From Mobula hypostoma (taxonomy: Eukaryota), in contig NC_086118.1 of the NCBI RefSeq assembly GCF_963921235.1, forward strand, positions 31,124,001 to 31,188,000: a stretch of DNA of 64,000 bases. The letters run 5' to 3'. Position numbers and translations under genes: made by a program. The notes below the pieces were generated by a model, which was not told where the DNA came from, did not search any database, and saw nothing but the letters and a program-made list of their open reading frames with translations. Below are positions 35,852 to 49,569 of this stretch, one piece after another (positions within the stretch are counted from its first letter, which is position 1; every line of letters begins with the position of its first letter).

Positions 35852-36348
35852 TCTCTAAGAATTTAAAGCTTGCACCTTTGTTGGGAGCCAGAGTACCCTC
35901 TGCTCGCTACTATGTTCAAGGTACATCTAGCCCTTGAGCTTTACATCAGCTATTCTAACATTTTTAAAGACTTATCCAAGGTATATAGAAACCAATGCAA
36001 AGGGCTTAACAACAAGCCTCAACAAGGCTGCCAAGATTGCTTGAGGGTAGGGTCTTATGATCCTTACATGGAACAGAAAGTTAGCACTGTTACAGTGACC
36101 ACACAGGAGATAAACATGGATTAGATTAAGCGCATTCTGGCCCAGAAGGTAACAAACCTCCGTCTTAATAAATAGCCGCTGTTCCTCAAATTCAATAATT
36201 TTAACATGTATCCCCATATTTACTTAATTGTGAATTTCATATTTCTCAAATAATCAACATCTAAACAAATTAATGCCCAAGCTACAAATATAAATTAGTA
36301 ATACTGCATCTGTAACAGGCAAAAGTAAAAACCAAATAAATGGCCAAC

Positions 36349-36535
36349 CTTGGAATTATATAAGCAGCTTCACTTGTCCCTGCATCAGGAACCACTGGTG
36401 CATCATTTGGCACATTTAGGAAAATGAGATAGAAGGTTAGAATATGAAATGATAAACCCAGAAGAACTACAGGATTTCTGCCAATGCCAAGATATCTGCT
36501 GAGGAATTTGTTCAATAAACCAAATGTTGCTCCAC
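36349..36535 (-). CDS. MFSD11: MFSD11 coding exon 11
   Basis: GATFGLLNKFLSRYLGIGRNPVVLLGLSFHILTFYLIFLNVPNDAPVVPDAGTSEAAYIIP. tttAG / GTTGGC. 187 nt. Confidence 0.94.
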
Positions 36536-36623
36536 CTAAAAATGAGTACAAAAGAAATAAATATATTTTCTTTTAACAAAAGTACACTTCATTGTTTAAT
36601 AATAAAAATAAGTGATTACAAAC

Positions 36624-36749
36624 CTACAACCTCTCCAACGCCAGTGAAGATGCCATTTAAACCAATCAGACTTTTGGCTTCATCCCCAAAGTGATTTGTC
36701 GCCCCCAGGCATGTGCCATATACCCCACTCAAAAACGTTAGCTCAAAAC
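36624..36749 (-). CDS. MFSD11: MFSD11 coding exon 10
   Basis: FELTFLSGVYGTCLGATNHFGDEAKSLIGLNGIFTGVGEVV. ttctAG / GTTTGT. 126 nt. Confidence 0.95.
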
Positions 36750-37289
36750 CTAGAAAAGAAATATTTCAAACATTTTCATTCATTCACTCTTCACATGCCT
36801 CCATTTCTAGACTGAGTTGCAAGTGGTTTTTTTCACCTTTCTTCGTATTATCTGTTCAGTATTATCAGCTATACCAACAGGCGGTCAACTGGCATGTATG
36901 TAGTGCAAACATAGCCCATTACATTTCCATTGAAAGAAATATCAATTATGAGTGAAGCTGAGGATGTTCATTCTTTAGAGATCAGTTATATTACAAGGAC
37001 GCTGATTAAGTTTCATCTAGATATCCTATTATTAGGAGTTTTTTTTCTTACCACCTCATGTATTTTAATGTAATTTTTCAATCTTTAAAACTGTAACACA
37101 AATATACATTTGCTAACATATTTAACAAATTGCTATTCATTTTAATCACTCCACAAAACAATATTTATTTTAATATATTGAAACAATTATTTTGATATAC
37201 AATGCACAAGAATACACTGGAATTTAAAAAAGTCTAGTATCTATTAATACTGTAGTAACAGGGTTATTCAGCTTAAGGAAGGATCTCAC

Positions 37290-37355
37290 CTGTGTAGGCA
37301 ATGCAAACACTTAGAAGCAGCATATCCTTGGTAAAAAATATATTGATTGCACTCT
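37290..37355 (-). CDS. MFSD11: MFSD11 coding exon 9
   Basis: SAINIFFTKDMLLLSVCIAYT. aacAG / GTGAGA. 66 nt. Confidence 0.93.
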
Positions 37356-37456
37356 CTGTTAAGAAAACATATTTCTTATAAATTAGAGATTTTAAGATAA
37401 AGCATGTAATAAATTGTTGGAAAATGAATTGGTACAAATATGTGCAAGAAACTTAC

Positions 37457-37494
37457 TGAATGCAGCTACTGCTTGGGATGAACGTCCTTCAGTC
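37457..37494 (-). CDS. MFSD11: MFSD11 coding exon 8
   Basis: TEGRSSQAVAAF, resembling the KAVDAF segment of vertebrate MFSD11. ttacAG / GTAAGT. 38 nt restores phase. Confidence 0.87.
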
Positions 37495-37824
37495 CTGTAA
37501 ATTATGCAAAACCATATCAATAGCCTTAGAAAACGAAGTGCAGGTAGTTCCATTTTTACATATTTTTCTGTAATGCAAGCTGGATATAACATGATTGATG
37601 GATTAGGTAACACTATTTGCATTACATGGGCTGCACTAGCTAGAGTACAATCCAGTTCAGGAAAACCTGTTCAAATCCATGCTTTGAGGGTGACTTCAGT
37701 CTGTTATGCTATAGCATGACCTTCCATATTGCAAAAGCAGAATTATTAGAGACTCCCAGGCCAAGTGAGGTATGCTTCCTATTTGTCACTCAAATAAACA
37801 GGGACTTCCAATCAAATCTAAACG

Positions 37825-38941
37825 AACGCCTATGTCAGGATGCTGTTCATCAACTATAGCTCAGCATTTATCACTATCATTCCCATAATCCTGATTGAGA
37901 AGTTACAGAACCTGGGCCTCTGTAATTATATCCTTGATTTCCTAACCAGAAGTCCACAATCAGTGCAGATTGGTGATAATATCCCCACCTCGCTGACGAA
38001 TAACACTGGTGCACCTCAGGGGTGTATGCTTAGCCCACTGCTCTAGTCTCAAATACCATCTATAAATTTGTTGATGATACAACCGTTGCTGGTAGAATCT
38101 CAGATGGAGACGAGAGGGCGTACAGGAGCGAGATATGCCAACCAGTGGAGTGGTGTCGCAGAAACAACTTTGCACTCAATGACAGTAAGACAAAAGAGCT
38201 GACAGTGGACTTCAGGAAGGGCAAGTCAGAGGAACACATACCAATCCTCATAGAAGGATCAGAAGTGGAGAGAGCGAGCAGTTTCAAGTTCTGGGTGTCA
38301 AGATCCCTGAGGACCTAACTTGGTCTCAATATATCAATGCAGCTATAAAGAAGGCAAGACAGCGACTCCTAATGGAGTCTGAAGACATTTGGTATGTCAA
38401 CAAAAACACTCAAAAACTTCTATAGATGCACCATGGACAGCATTCTGGCAGGCAGCGTCCCTGTCTAGTATGGGAGGGTGGGGGTCTACTGCACAGGACC
38501 GAAAGATGTTGCAGAAGGTCGTAAATTTAGTCAGCTCCATCTTGGGTATTAGCCTACGAAGTACCCAGGACATTTTCAAGGAGCAGCATCTCAGAAAGGC
38601 AGCTTCCATTATTAAGGACCCCCCAGCACCCAGGGCATGCCCTTTTCTCACTGTTAACACCTGGTAGGAAGTACAGAAGGCACACACTCAGCAATTCTGG
38701 AACAGCTTCTTCCCCTCTGCCATCTGATTCCTAAATGGACATTGAACCCATGAACACTACCTCACTTTATTTAAAATATATATTATTCCTGTATTTGCAC
38801 GATTTTTTATCTATTCAATGTGTATACTGTAATTGATTTACTACTCATTTTTTTCCCCCTTCTATATTATGTATTGCATTGAACTGCTGGTAAGTTAACA
38901 AATTTCACAACACATGCCGACGATAATAAACCTGATTCTGA
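37825..38941 (+). mobile_element. Rex1/Babar LINE 3' portion
   Basis: [24 protein letters not shown], and a tail ending AATAAACCTGATTCTGA. Confidence 0.85.
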
Positions 38942-39244
38942 CCTCACCAGAGCTGAACCTGGGCTCCTTTTCTGAGCACATACAAAGCAAATAGAAATGT
39001 TTACCCTCACTTGCTCAACACATTGCAAATTAACTTCTAATCAAGCTCGCTAGGAGGTCTTTGAGTTACCTTCATTTGTTTTGATATACAAATTCAAGTC
39101 ACACAATCTTAGAGCGTTTTACGAATTGAGTATTGTATAAACCAACATTCATGCATGCAATATATGTGTTTAAGCCAATAAATTAGCATGTGTGTAGATG
39201 AATATTTTTATAACGCATACATTGGCAAAGGAAACAAGTTAACT

Positions 39245-39987
39245 CAGTGGCCTCCAACCACCGGGCCGCGGACCGGTACTAGGCCGCAAAGCATGTGCTA
39301 CCAGGCCGTGAGCAAACGATATGAGTCAGCTGCACCTTTCCTCATTCCGTCACGCACTGTTGAACTTGAACATAGGGTTGCCAACTGTCCCGTATTTGCC
39401 GCGACATCCCGTATATTGGGCTAAATTGGTTTGTCCCATACGGGACCGCCCTTGTCCTGTATTTCCCCCACTAAGGTACAGCATTCCTATGAAACCTTCT
39501 GAGCCATGAATTTATATGGGAAAAATTTTTGAGCGTTCCCAGACCCAAAAAATAACCTACCAAATCATACCAAATAATACACAAAACCTAAAGTAACACT
39601 AACATATAGTAAAAGCAGGAATGATATGATAAATACACAGCCTATATAAAGTAGAAATAACGTATGTACAGTCTAGTCGGGAAGATGAAGGCAGAACCGA
39701 TTTGTGGGAGAGAAAAATCGGCACATCACGCATGCGCACACAGGTGCCCGCGCAAGGCTTTATGGTCATGGTAGTCTTTCGTGGGGTAAAGTGTCCCGGG
39801 ATTTGACTGCTACTTTTGTCCCTTATTTGGGAGTGAGAAAGTTGGCAACCCTAACTGTAAAAGACATGTTGAGGTGAGTTTATCCTTACTTGAACAACCC
39901 CCCCCCACTCCCCCCGGTTGGCCGGTCCGCAAGAATATTGTCAATATTAAACTGGTCCGCAGTGCAAAAAAAGGTTGGGGACCCCTG
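39245..39987. mobile_element. Non-autonomous hAT transposon with 8-bp TSD and nested inner TIR element (39373-39853)
   Basis: TIRs CAGTGGCCTCCAACC / GGTTGGGGACCCCTG. TSD AGTTAACT at 39237-39244 and 39988-39995. Inner TIR TAGGGTTGCCAAC / GTTGGCAACCCTA. Confidence 0.87.
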
Positions 39988-40311
39988 AGTTAACTGAACC
40001 ATTTCCTGAAACGTTTGTAGTTATAAAAAAAAACTACAAAAGATTCAGGAACAGGGCTGAATGTCAAGAAAAAAAAGTGAGTTTATGAAAAAAAAAATTC
40101 AAATTACATCAAATGTCATTTCTGCCTTTAGGCTTCATTAATTCAATCACTTATTTATCTGGATCATGTTGGGATTTTAAAAAGTTTATGCCTTTATATT
40201 AATGACAATGTTATCATTTTCAAAACTGTTAAGTACTCAATGCCCACAGAGTTAAATAAAACTCATTTCCAGAGTCTCACACATTGAATTATTCAATCTG
40301 AAGCTTCCCAG

Positions 40312-42550
40312 CATAGAAACATAGAAAATAGGTGCAGGAGTAGGCCATTCAGCCCTTCGAGCCTGCACCGCCATTCAGTATGATCATGGTTGATCAACCA
40401 ACTCAGAACCCTGTACCAGCCTTCCCTCCATACCCCCTGATCCCTTTAGCCACAAGGGCCGTATCTAACTCCCTCTTAAATATAGCCAATGAACTGGCCT
40501 CAACTGTTTCCTGTGGCAGAGAATTCCAGATTCACCACTCTGTGTGTGAAGAAGTTTTTCCTAATCTTGGTCCGAAAAGGCTTCCCCTTTATCCTCAAAC
40601 TGTGACCCCTCGTTCTGGACTTCCCCAACATCGGGAACAATCTTCCTGCATCTAGCCTGTCCAATCCTTTTAGGATTATATACGTTTCAATAAGATCCCC
40701 CTCAATCTTCTAAATTCCAACGAGTATAAGCGTAGTCGATCCAGTCTTTCATCATATGAAAGTGCTGCCATCCCAGGAATCAATTTGGTGAACCTTCTTT
40801 ATACTCCCTCTATAGCAAGAATGTCTTTCCTCAGATTAGGGGACCAAAACTGCACACAATACTCCAGGTGTGGTCTCACCAAGGCCTTGTACAACTGCAG
40901 TAGTACCTCCTGCTCCTGTACTTGAATCCTCTTGCTATAAATGCCAGCATACCATTCGCCTTTTTCACCGCCTGCTGTACCTGCATGCCCACTTTCAATG
41001 ACTGGTGTATAATGACACCCAGGTCTCGTTGCACCTCCCCTTTTCCTAATCAGCCACCATTCAGATAATAATCTGTTTTCCTGTTTTTGCCACCAAAGTG
41101 GATAACCTCATATTTATCCACATTAAATTGCATCTGCCATGAATTTGCCCACTCACCTAACCTATCCAAGTCACCCTGCATCCTCCTCACAGCTAACACT
41201 GCCGCCCAGCTTCGTGTCATCCGCAAACTTGGAGATGCTGCATTTAATTCCACATTAATATATATTGTAAACTACCGGAGTCCCAGCACTGAGCCTTGCA
41301 GTATCCCACTAGTCACTGCCTGCCATTCTGAAAAAGTCCCGTTTATTCCCACTCTTTGCTTCCTGTCTGCCAACCAATTCTCTATCCACATCAATACCTT
41401 ACCCCCAATACCATGTGCTTTAAGTTTGCACACTAATCTCCTGTGTGGGACCTTGTCAAAAGCCTTTTGAAAATCCAAATATACCACATCCACTGGTTCT
41501 CCCCAATCCACTCTACTAGTTACATCCTCAAAAAAATTCTACGAGATTCGTCAGACATGATTTTCCTTTCACAAATCCATGCTGACTTTGTCCGATGATT
41601 TCACCGCTTTCCAAATGTGCTGTTATCACATCTTTGATAACTGACTCGAGCATTTTCCCCACCAGCGATGTTAGGCTAACTGGTCTATAATTCCCCGGTT
41701 TCTCTCCCTCCATTTTTTAAAAAGTGGGGTTACATTAGCCACCCTCCAATCCTCAGGAACTAGTCCTGAATCTAAAGAGTTTTGAAAAATTATCACTAAT
41801 GCATCCACTATTTCTTGGGCTACTTCCTTAAGCACTCTGGGATGCAGACCATCTGGCCCTGGGTATTTATCTGCCTTTAATCCCTTCAATTTACCTAACA
41901 CCACTTCCCTACTAACATGTATTTCCTTCAGTTCCTCTATCTCACTGGACCCTCTGTCCCCTATTATTTCCGGAAGATTATTTATGTCCTCCTTAGTGAG
42001 GACAGAACCAAAGTAGTTATTCAATTGGTCTGCCATGTCCTTGCTCCCCATAATCAATTCACCTGTTTCTGTCTGTAGGGGACCTACATTTGTCTTAACC
42101 AATCTTTTTCTTTTCACATATCTATAAAAGCTTTTACAGTCAGTTTTTATGTTCCCTGCCAGTTTTCTCTCATAATCTTTATTCCCCTTCCTAATTAAGC
42201 CCTTTGTCCTCCTCTGCTGGACTCTGAATTTCTCCCAGTCCTCAGGTGAGCCACTTTTTCTGGCTAATTTGTATGCTTCTTCTTTGGAATTGATACTATC
42301 CCTAATTTCCCTTGTCAGCCACGGGTGCACTACCTTCTTTGATTTATTCTTTTGCCAAACTGGGATGAACAATTGTTGTAGTTCATCCATGCGATCTTTA
42401 AACGCTTGCCATTGCATATCCACCGTCAACCCTTTAAGTGTCATTTGCCAGTCTATCTTAGCTAATTCACGTCTCATACCTTCAAAGTTACTCTTCTTTA
42501 AGTACAGAACCTTTGTTTCTGAATTAACTATGTCACTCTCCATCTTAATG
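40312..42550 (-). mobile_element. CR1 LINE, 5'-truncated, relatively young
   Basis: PGPDGLHPRVLKE, PEDWRVANVTPLFKK, GNYRPVSLTS, VYLDFQKAFDKVPH, QGSVLG motifs and a (CATAGAAA) tail. Confidence 0.92.
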
Positions 42551-42689
42551 CATGACCAATTGATAAAAGAAAAATGAAATCTAAAAGATGCCCACATAAA
42601 TGAAATATGGAATTATTTATCAGTCTGGATTTCTTGAACCACATGTCTCTACCTCATGATTTCTCATGTTTCGGTAAACAAAAATTTAC

Positions 42690-42834
42690 CTTAATGTAAT
42701 TTCAGGCTCATCATCAGATATTTCATTTTCTGTTGACTGAGGCTCTGAGTCAGGTTTCCTTATAAGAATGAACAGGACACTTCCCACCAAACTAATTACA
42801 GCGAGTGCAGTATAAACAGTCTTGCGGTCATAAT
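42690..42834 (-). CDS. MFSD11: MFSD11 coding exon 7
   Basis: YDRKTVYTALAVISLVGSVLFILIRKPDSEPQSTENEISDDEPEITL. tttcAG / GTAAAT. 145 nt. Confidence 0.94.
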
Positions 42835-44418
42835 CTGAAATAACAAGAAAAAAATACTACAAAATAATGAATTTACTAAAATTCAGAAAAGAAAGAAGGA
42901 AACATTAAGAGCTGGAGAGGATGGGTACAAGCTGCCAAGCCATTCCCATAAAGCATGAAATGTTCTGTGATAATGGAATACAATTATTTTGCTAAAATGA
43001 CACAAGACGAGGGGTACCCAACAAATGAGGGTGCAAATAGGAAATTCAAAATAAGAAGGAAGGTAAATGTTAAAGTGACTGTGAAAGTGGTAGGGGGAAA
43101 GAAAGAACAGTATGTATATAAAGATTTAATATTTAAGTAGCCACAAAGGGAGAAATTAAATTAATATTTCATGGTTCTCTTTTGCCCAAATTCCTTTCTT
43201 AAATTCTATCATACACCCCATCAATCCTCAAGAAATGCACTTGCTGTGAGTGCCTATACCTATCATCACTTTCTTTTTTTCCCCCGATCAAACCTTCACT
43301 AAAGCTTTTCATTTCTAGTCTTATCAAATTTGCTCTTTACCCTTATTGGAACAACTGCTGCTAGCTCATTTAAAAGGCTCCCATTTATCAAACGTAATTT
43401 TACCCACAAGTCTCGACCAAAAATCTACTTCTGCTAGGTTGTCTCTAATGCTGCTGAGCTCTGCCTTTCCCCAGTTTTGGTCTCAACTTGAGGACCAGCC
43501 TTTTCAATGTACATAACTACTTAGAGAGTTGTGGTCACTGTTCCCAGAATGTTCCACTGCTGAAATTTCCACCTGCCCATTTCAGTTTCAAGTTAAAACC
43601 CCATCCCTTGAAGGATGCCTCAAAAACCCTCTTGCACACTTTCCACGCCATTTAAGCTGCTTGCATTAAACCTTCCTCAAAATTGCTCATGGCGGCTCTT
43701 TTGCGGAAGTTTTCGAGTTGGGAGGGCAGGGAATCGATTAGATGGGGAGATCATAAATCTGACACTATTTCACAATAGAGAAATTACAGCCAAACTCCAT
43801 CTACCTCAACTATATTTAGTAAGCGCTTCTTAAAATATTAAAAGATAAATTATAGGATTATTTTATATAAATTGCCTATTTTCATGATCACAAAGGAGTG
43901 TTGATTTGTAACAGTATGAAAGATATGTTATGGGCAACAGTGTTCCAAGGTCGCTGAATTAATTAGTGGTTTAAGAGTTAAAGAAGAATCTACCAGATTT
44001 GTGACATCTTTCTTGACAAGTAGCTTCATTTGGGTTGCATTCCACACTGCCAAAGTCAGCCCTTCATAAGTTTGAACAAGACATTTGTTGAAATGTAAAG
44101 ACAGGGTTTAAAACTCAGAGCACACACCAAGGTTGGCAGTGGAGAAGCCAAATGTTTTACAATGCCCAGATGCAGTAATAAAGAGATAAGTATGGGGAAC
44201 AGTGCAAACTATACTGGTAGTATGATGCAACACAATGACCATGATTTCCAAGACATTTATTGAATGGAAGATCTTTTCCTTAATATTCTGAAGAAAAAAG
44301 GCACAGCTACCAAAACAAACAAATTATAAGTCTATTATTTAGCACCAGTAGTCTGCAATAAAACACTACTGCTGTGTTGTTTCTTGTGATATGTTCAACA
44401 TAGGTTAGGAGAACTGAC

Positions 44419-44477
44419 CTGAAATATGCTTTTCTCCTTTCCATGCTAAATAAATGTACAGATTTCCAAATAAAAGA
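44419..44477 (-). CDS. MFSD11: MFSD11 coding exon 6
   Basis: LLFGNLYIYLAWKGEKHIS. cctAG / GTCAG. 59 nt. Confidence 0.94.
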
Positions 44478-46990
44478 CTAGGAAAAAGAAAAAAATATTA
44501 GATTTCTCTCTGAATAAAAAGATAAACAAAACTATGTCTATGATTACAGTATCATTGTTCAAATGACAAGAATTCACAGAAATTAAAGCAATTCAAGTAA
44601 AATTCAAACAAGTCATATGGTTTGTAGAGAGCTGTTTTCTAAACAAAATTGAACTCAAACTTTTAACAGTTCCAGCTATTTGTGCATCTAGCACTCCCTC
44701 TCCCCACAGCAGCTGACATTTTGACTAACATGTCAAGTTTCCCTTACTCATTTACAAAATTGCTTGAAACTCAGCTTTTGGATAACCCTCCCAATACTAA
44801 CAATTTGGCCAAATGCCATTTTAATCTGATTTGCATCTGTCTTGAAGTTTAGTTATATTACCAAACAAACCACATTGCATTTTCAGGATGTTACAATCTA
44901 GAAAATTATTTACAAAATTATATTTAAAAAGAAAAATATTTATCAGATAGGATTAGGCTTTTTGACTCTGTGCCTCTAATAATCAATAACCTTGTATAAT
45001 GCCTTTTACCTTAATGCCACATTAGCTTCAAATCCTATCATATCTGAAGCCTGTATCAACCATGTTCTGAATATTCTGAGTGCTAGAACCTCCACTGTCC
45101 TCTCAGGAATCAAATTCCAAAGAATTATTATTCTCTATGAAGATTTTCCTATCTCTCATCTAAATTGCTGCCCCTTGATTTTGAGACCATGATCTCTGAT
45201 TCTGGACCCCAACCCAAGGAAAAGCATGAACCTCATCAAACCCCTTAATAATTTTGTATGCTTCAATGAGATCATCTCATGTCCAGCAAAAATAAAATGA
45301 ACTTATAAAAGAATAACAAAGTAAATTGAACATTGGGGTTGTTGGATCTCTATTGTTTTCCTGATCCTTTGGGTTCTTCCAGTGGTCAAGAATGGTGAGG
45401 AGTCTCAATTCTTAATGATTGTTTACTTCAAAGTTTAAACAAATACTAAGCAAAGTGAAGAGCTGAGAAACAAAGAGTCAATGAAAAGCAAACAAGGTGA
45501 AGAAAAAAAAAGGAAAAGACGCGCCTCTGAAAAATCCAATACCTTTTATAATCCAGATAACAGAAAATTCCTTAGATAAGAATAAACCCATCAATTGTTG
45601 CACAATTACATCACGTGGGTAATGTGTTAACACTTAGCCAATGAAAAATGAGAAAGGTGATAAACTGCTATATAACTGCTATACCACTTCCTGCCAATGA
45701 GGATGAACTACCACATACTGAGAAAAATACTTGAATTTGTTAAAAAAGTACACATTATGATTAAATGACTTTAGTTTTATATTGATTCATGTTACAAAAA
45801 GTATGCTTAAAAAGTAGTTTCCAACAGGGTCACAAGAATTCTCATTCTAAGAATTATAGGTCCTTTTTTAGCAAACAATTTACAATCAGAATCTATAATG
45901 TGCCTGAATTCAGATGAGGTTCACTTTGTAATATTTACTTCTACCCAATTTTGTTAGTTTCTTGCAAAGGGGAAAACAACTTACATGAAAATAAAGGAAA
46001 TAAAGAAAAATATGCTAAGAACATTCAACAAGTCAGACAGCATCTGTGGAAACAGAATCTAAATTAAACTTACAGGTTGAAACTCTTTGTTAGTTTGTCC
46101 AGCATTTGCAGGTTTTGATTTCATTAAAAAGAAAGAACATTCTTTGACAACACATTGCTCTGTATTTGTTAAAAATCTGGTTAAACTTTCAGCTCCAATT
46201 CTCAGATTGTTTTGAACTGTATGATCTTAAAGTTAACATTTGATGTGGCAGTGTAATTGTGCTCAATATTAGATGATACAAATCTGAGGTCCAATGCTAT
46301 ACATTAAGCACATCAGCATTAGCAAGATGACAGAATAATGGGAATACTCAAAAACTACATTTATTAAACAATAGTTAAGAATGATGACAAGGCAAACATT
46401 GGCAAGATGATACTGGTGAAACATGGCGATGCATTACCGGCAGCTTCTAAAACTTCAAAATACACTTTTGAACTACTCTCACTGCAATCTGCAGCCTGTA
46501 ATTAATGTAGTTTTGAACCTTCTTAATGCTCAAAATTTATTATTTATTATTTTCTTTCTTTTTGTATTTGCAGAGCTTTTTGTTTTTTTGCACATCAGTT
46601 GTTTGTTGGTCCTGGGGAGTTCAGTCCTTCATTGATTCTATTGTGCTTCTTGTAGTTACGATAATTGCCCGCAAGAAAATGAATCTCAGGCTTGTATATG
46701 GTGACATATAGGCACTTTGATAATATATTTACATTGAACTTTGAGGATAGGATAGGAAGTTGGAGTGAAGAATTCATCCAAAAAGCATTTGTAAATTTAA
46801 TTTCTACAAATTACAGCAGGCACAAACATTTAAAGCTTTCATTTCCTCATAAATGACACTTGTACACAAAATCATATATTTAAATAAAGGAAATTAGTTA
46901 AAAATTAATCAGCTTTGAAACAGATGCACAGATGTATGCATCACATAACGAAGTAAACTTAAATAATATTGTCACATTTTAAACAAATAC

Positions 46991-47087
46991 CTAAATTGCA
47001 ACAAAGCCCAAAATATTCCACTGTTTCTTCCAATTGTATTTTCATCTGAATTAATTGTCAAACAATTGCCTTGTGCTGTCCATAACA
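46991..47087 (-). CDS. MFSD11: MFSD11 coding exon 5
   Basis: LWTAQGNCLTINSDENTIGRNSGIFWALLQF (UNC-93 family LWTAQG motif). tttcAG / GTATTT. 97 nt. Confidence 0.96.
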
Positions 47088-47289
47088 CTGAAAGACATAA
47101 AATAATGTTCAATCATTGCAACAAATTTCAACCAATTTTATAAAATAATCGATTTATCAGTTATACATCACTAGAGTACTGTACACTTTCTTCCAAGATT
47201 TTCAAACTGCAGTTCACAAAATACTATGCTGGTGTTGGGATCACTGTTGCTTATTATTTATTGAAACAATTTGGATGTGAAGGTACAAA

Positions 47290-47720
47290 GTCCGATCAGT
47301 AGCTTAAAGATGACATTAAATTAGGAGCTGTTGTTGATCATGAAAAAGGCTGTCATAAACTGCAGAGGGATCTTGATTAATCAGAGGAGTGGTTTAAGGA
47401 TTGGCAAGTGAATTTCAATAGTCATGTGTGAGATGATGAATTTTGGATGAGAGGGGAAAGATTTAAGAATGACTTGAGGGTGAGGGGTAACATTTTCACA
47501 CGGAGGCTGGAGAGTATACTGAACGAGCTGCCATAGGAAGTAATTGAGGCAGGTACAATAGTATAATTTGAGAAGTATTTAGACAGGTCCACGAAGGGGC
47601 GAGACTTAGAGAAACTTGGGCTGAAAACACGAAATTGGGACATGCTGGGTGCACACTGTGGTCAGCATAGACCTATTGGACTGAAAGTCTGTAACCATGC
47701 TGTATTGCTCTATAACTCTA
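47290..47720 (+). mobile_element. Decayed CR1 3' fragment
   Basis: GAGGGGAAAGATTTAAG...TTTTCACACGGAGG...GAGGCAGGTACAATA...TTTAGACAGG, as in the fragment at ~730-1085. Confidence 0.65.
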
Positions 47721-47745
47721 TAGTACATCAGTAATATTTTGCTGT

Positions 47746-48662
47746 AGTAGTCATAGTCATACTTTATTGATCCTGGGGGAAATTGGTTTTCGTTACAGTT
47801 GCACCATAAATAATTAAATAGTAATAAAACCATAAATAGTTAAATAGTAATATGTAAATTATGCCAGGAAATAAGCCCAGGACCAGCCTATTGGCTCAGG
47901 GTGTCTGACCCACCAAGGGAGGAGTTGTAAAGTTTGATGGCCACAGGCAGGAATGTCCTCCTATGACGCTCTGTGTTGCATCTCGGTGGAATGAGTCTCT
48001 GGCTGAATGTACTCCTGTGCCCAACCAATTCATTATGTAGTGGATGGGAGACATTGTCCAAGATGGCATGCAACTTGGACAGCATCCTCTTTTCAGACAC
48101 CACCGTCAGAGAGTCCAGTTCCATCCCCACAACATCACTGGCCTTACGGATGAATTTGTTGATTCTGTTGGTGTCTGCTGCCCTCAGCCTGCTGCCCCAG
48201 CACACAACAGCAAACATGATCGCACTGGCCACCACAGACTCCTAGAACATCCTCAGCATCGTCCGGCAATTGTTAAAGGGCCTCAGTCTCCTCAGTAAAT
48301 AGAGACGGCTCTGACCCTTCTTGTAGTGTTCTTTGACCAGTCGTTTATTGTCAATTTGTATCTCCAGGTATTTGTAATCCTCCACCATGTCCACACTGAC
48401 CCCCTGGATGGAAACAGGGGTCGCCGGTACCTTAGCTCTTCTCAGGTCTACCACCAGCTCCTTAGTCTTTTTCACATTAAGCTGCAGATAATTCTGCTTA
48501 CACCATGTGACAAAGTTTCCTACCGTAGCCCTGTACTCAGCCTCATCTCCCTTACTGATGCATCCAACAATGGCGGAGTCATCAGAAAACTTCTGAAGAT
48601 GACAAGACTCTGCAGTAGTTGAAGTCCGAGGTGTAAATGGTGAAGAGAAAGGGAGACAAGAG
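47746..48662 (-). mobile_element. Rex1/Babar LINE 3' portion
   Basis: LQKFSDDSAIVG, LQLNVKKTKELVVD, VASAIMFAVVCWG, and a (CATAGT) tail. Confidence 0.88.
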
Positions 48663-49569
48663 TCCACTTAATTAGATTTGTATTTCAGCAATGTAATTCT
48701 TCATAATAATAATTCATAAACTCATTCCTTAAAGAATTTAGTAGATATAAATTTGCGCAGATGATTGTCAACCCATCACAAAATTTGAGTTTTCATTTAC
48801 TTTATTAGCTCAAGAATACACAGTCCATCACTGAATTGGCTTTCCTTTACTCAAAGAAGGTCACACTCTTTATTATTTTCCTTTCCGCATGACAAAAGCC
48901 ATGGCTCACTGCTGTGTGTTCCTATCTGGGCTACTCAAGTCCCATTGAGTGAAAGGAAGCAACGCAGTGACAACTCTTTCAGACTTTGTTTCCTACCCCA
49001 CCCCCATCTCCCAAAGGAACTTGTACAGTGTTTCACAGACTTAGAATGGTATCCAACCAAGCAGAGCATATTGCAATCAAAGAGCCTGCAAATGTTGGAG
49101 ACATGAAATAAAAACAGTCAATACTTTAAACCCCGAGTAGGTCAAGTAGCATCTGTGGAAAGCAAAAGAGATAATTTTTCAAATTTGCAACCACTTGTTA
49201 GTTCTTTCCACAGTGTTTTCCAGTAGTTTGTTTTTAATTTACCAATACTGCTACCTTCTGTATTTAAATACACTATGATGTATTTTACTATCACATCTCA
49301 GTTATGACTAGATCATTTCCCAACCGAAAAGAGAATCACAGAATATTTACATCATGTTGATTATAAAGTATCTCTTTGGCCTATTCCCACTTTCCAGCAC
49401 TTGATCTGCAATCCTGTAGGTTAAAGTTCTCAGAACACTCATCTAGTAATTTTTAAGTGCAGAGAGGATCCCTGTCTGTATCACCCTTTCAAGCATCAGG
49501 TTTCATACCCTTACCAATAGTAACACCTATGTCAGGCTGTGGTATATTGATTACAGTTCAGTTTTCCAC

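Noticed and set aside
45279-45835. Possible solo LTR splitting an old CR1 fragment
   Set aside because: TG...CA ends and TSD could not be fixed unambiguously.
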